A DNA stretch of 64,000 nucleotides from contig CAVNZM010000009.1 in assembly GCA_963693365.1 (NCBI GenBank), forward strand, positions 4,227,146-4,291,145, given 5' to 3'. The DNA is from Amoebidium appalachense. Taxonomy: Eukaryota; Protista; Ichthyosporea. Below, piece by piece: positions 62,844 through 64,000 of this stretch. The first letter of the stretch is position 1; every line of letters starts with the position of its first letter. The notes below the pieces were generated by a model. That model was given only the letters and a program-made list of their open reading frames with translations, had not been told where the DNA came from and made no database searches. The position numbers and the translations under genes are program-made.

Positions 62844-63626
62844 TCCGAACTCATTCTACATGCAATCGAGATGTATTCTGGATACTTTTGGGGTGGGATC
62901 TACTGCGCTAGATCCAGCCTGAATTCCATTGGGTGTCAATCTTAGATTCAATTCAGCCTCATATTGGTCGCGGCTCATGCTTTCATCTAGCCGTGTGATA
63001 AACAGCATTTCACTGCTGGGCTACTAGAACAAAAGACTACAAAAAGAAAGATTACTATGCTATTTCCTCTAGTAAGTAATTCGTAGAAACAAAAGAAAAA
63101 TATAAATATCTAGCTTAATAAAAAAATACTTATGCACTGCATGCTTATCACATTTTTGTTTTATTTCTGGGATATTGGTTGGATAAATGTCACGCCGCGG
63201 TATGTCTTAGATTTATCGTTCTCTTCCTGTCTGTTTATGTGTAGAGAAACACATAAAGCATTGCCTATATACCTGTTTGAAAATTTTAGTAGGGTGTTTT
63301 GTTAATTATATATTTCGTGATGTATTTTGTTTACATTGTGTTTTTCAAGGTCAAGATAATTATTCTCAAAACTTTCAGCAACCATTTTCTAGTGCAAAAT
63401 GACGCTTCCATTGGCTAAAAGTCACTCGGAGGTTTGTATTAGAGTTCTTCAATTAGTCGATCTGGCATGATATTTATATAAAGCAAAAACGGGTGCTTAA
63501 CTTAACCTACGTTTACATCAATCTCATAATTACAGATTATGGGTTTTGGTTTATTTCTAGACAAGAAAGGTTTTCCTGGTTATTGCCCCGCTCTTGAAGG
63601 CCAGTGCTCGTGTGGCATTGCGGCAA

Positions 63627-64000
63627 CATCAGCAATCTTGCAGAAACATCCGGAACCCATAAAAGATATATTAAAGATATCCATATACTCGAACCCATCC
63701 TGAACATAACCCTACATCCAGTTCATGGGTTTAACATATGTAAAGGATATCTAAAATAAAATAGATATAAATCTTGGATATCTACGCCTAATATGTATAT
63801 AGATATCTGTTAAATTCCTGATATCCATTGGATAACTACTGTTAGGGATCCACTAGATATCCACGAAAAACGTGATATCCAGTGGATATCGAACACTAGA
63901 TATGCAAATACACATGCACAACATATATAATGGATATGTGACGAAGGGACCCAGTGACAGGTAACCTGCCCAATATTATATCCAATGTGATATCCACTAT
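63627..64000. mobile_element. Terminus of a further Plavaka-family element extending beyond the window
   Basis: CATCAGCAATCTTG...CATCC followed by GATATC-rich subterminal DNA, as at 12856. Confidence 0.8.

Larger units (their letters stand above)
58744..62900 (-). mobile_element. LINE (non-LTR retrotransposon, APE type), near full length
   Basis: ORF1 and ORF2, (CA)n in the 3' UTR, ~50-nt poly(A) seen as poly-T at 58744-58794. 5' end and TSD not identified. Confidence 0.9.

Noticed and set aside
63627-63640. Right-hand TIR closing the giant Plavaka
   Set aside because: Same orientation as the 12856 terminus, so it opens another element rather than closing this one.

Overview
Eukaryotic, microsatellite-rich ((CA)n, poly-C/G) DNA made almost entirely of nested mobile elements; no ordinary host gene is evident. 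From left to right: (1) the right part of a CACTA/EnSpm (CMC) element (1-~9774), with an internally deleted, intron-split transposase and a divergent accessory gene. (2) A decayed Polinton/adintovirus-type fragment with VLTF3-like and protein-primed PolB genes (9775-12855). (3) From 12856 onward, a giant Plavaka-type DNA transposon with terminus CATCAGCAATCTT. Its transposase can be assembled by hand from 9 GT-AG exons into a stop-free ORF of about 1032 aa spread over 44 kb (58514 to 14668, minus strand). Its introns hold a Ngaro/PAT-type tyrosine-recombinase retroelement, two solo LTRs and a young chromodomain gypsy element. The Ngaro element itself contains a TRIM-like LTR element, a young full-length copia, and a 9.9-kb deleted Plavaka carrying a ~184-bp higher-order satellite. 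A LINE lies upstream of the transposase, and another Plavaka terminus starts at 63627. The copia pol keeps CpG but lacks CGC/GCG. This combination resembles what is reported for the ichthyosporean Amoebidium, but host identity is an inference. All calls come from manual motif reading; no database searches were run.
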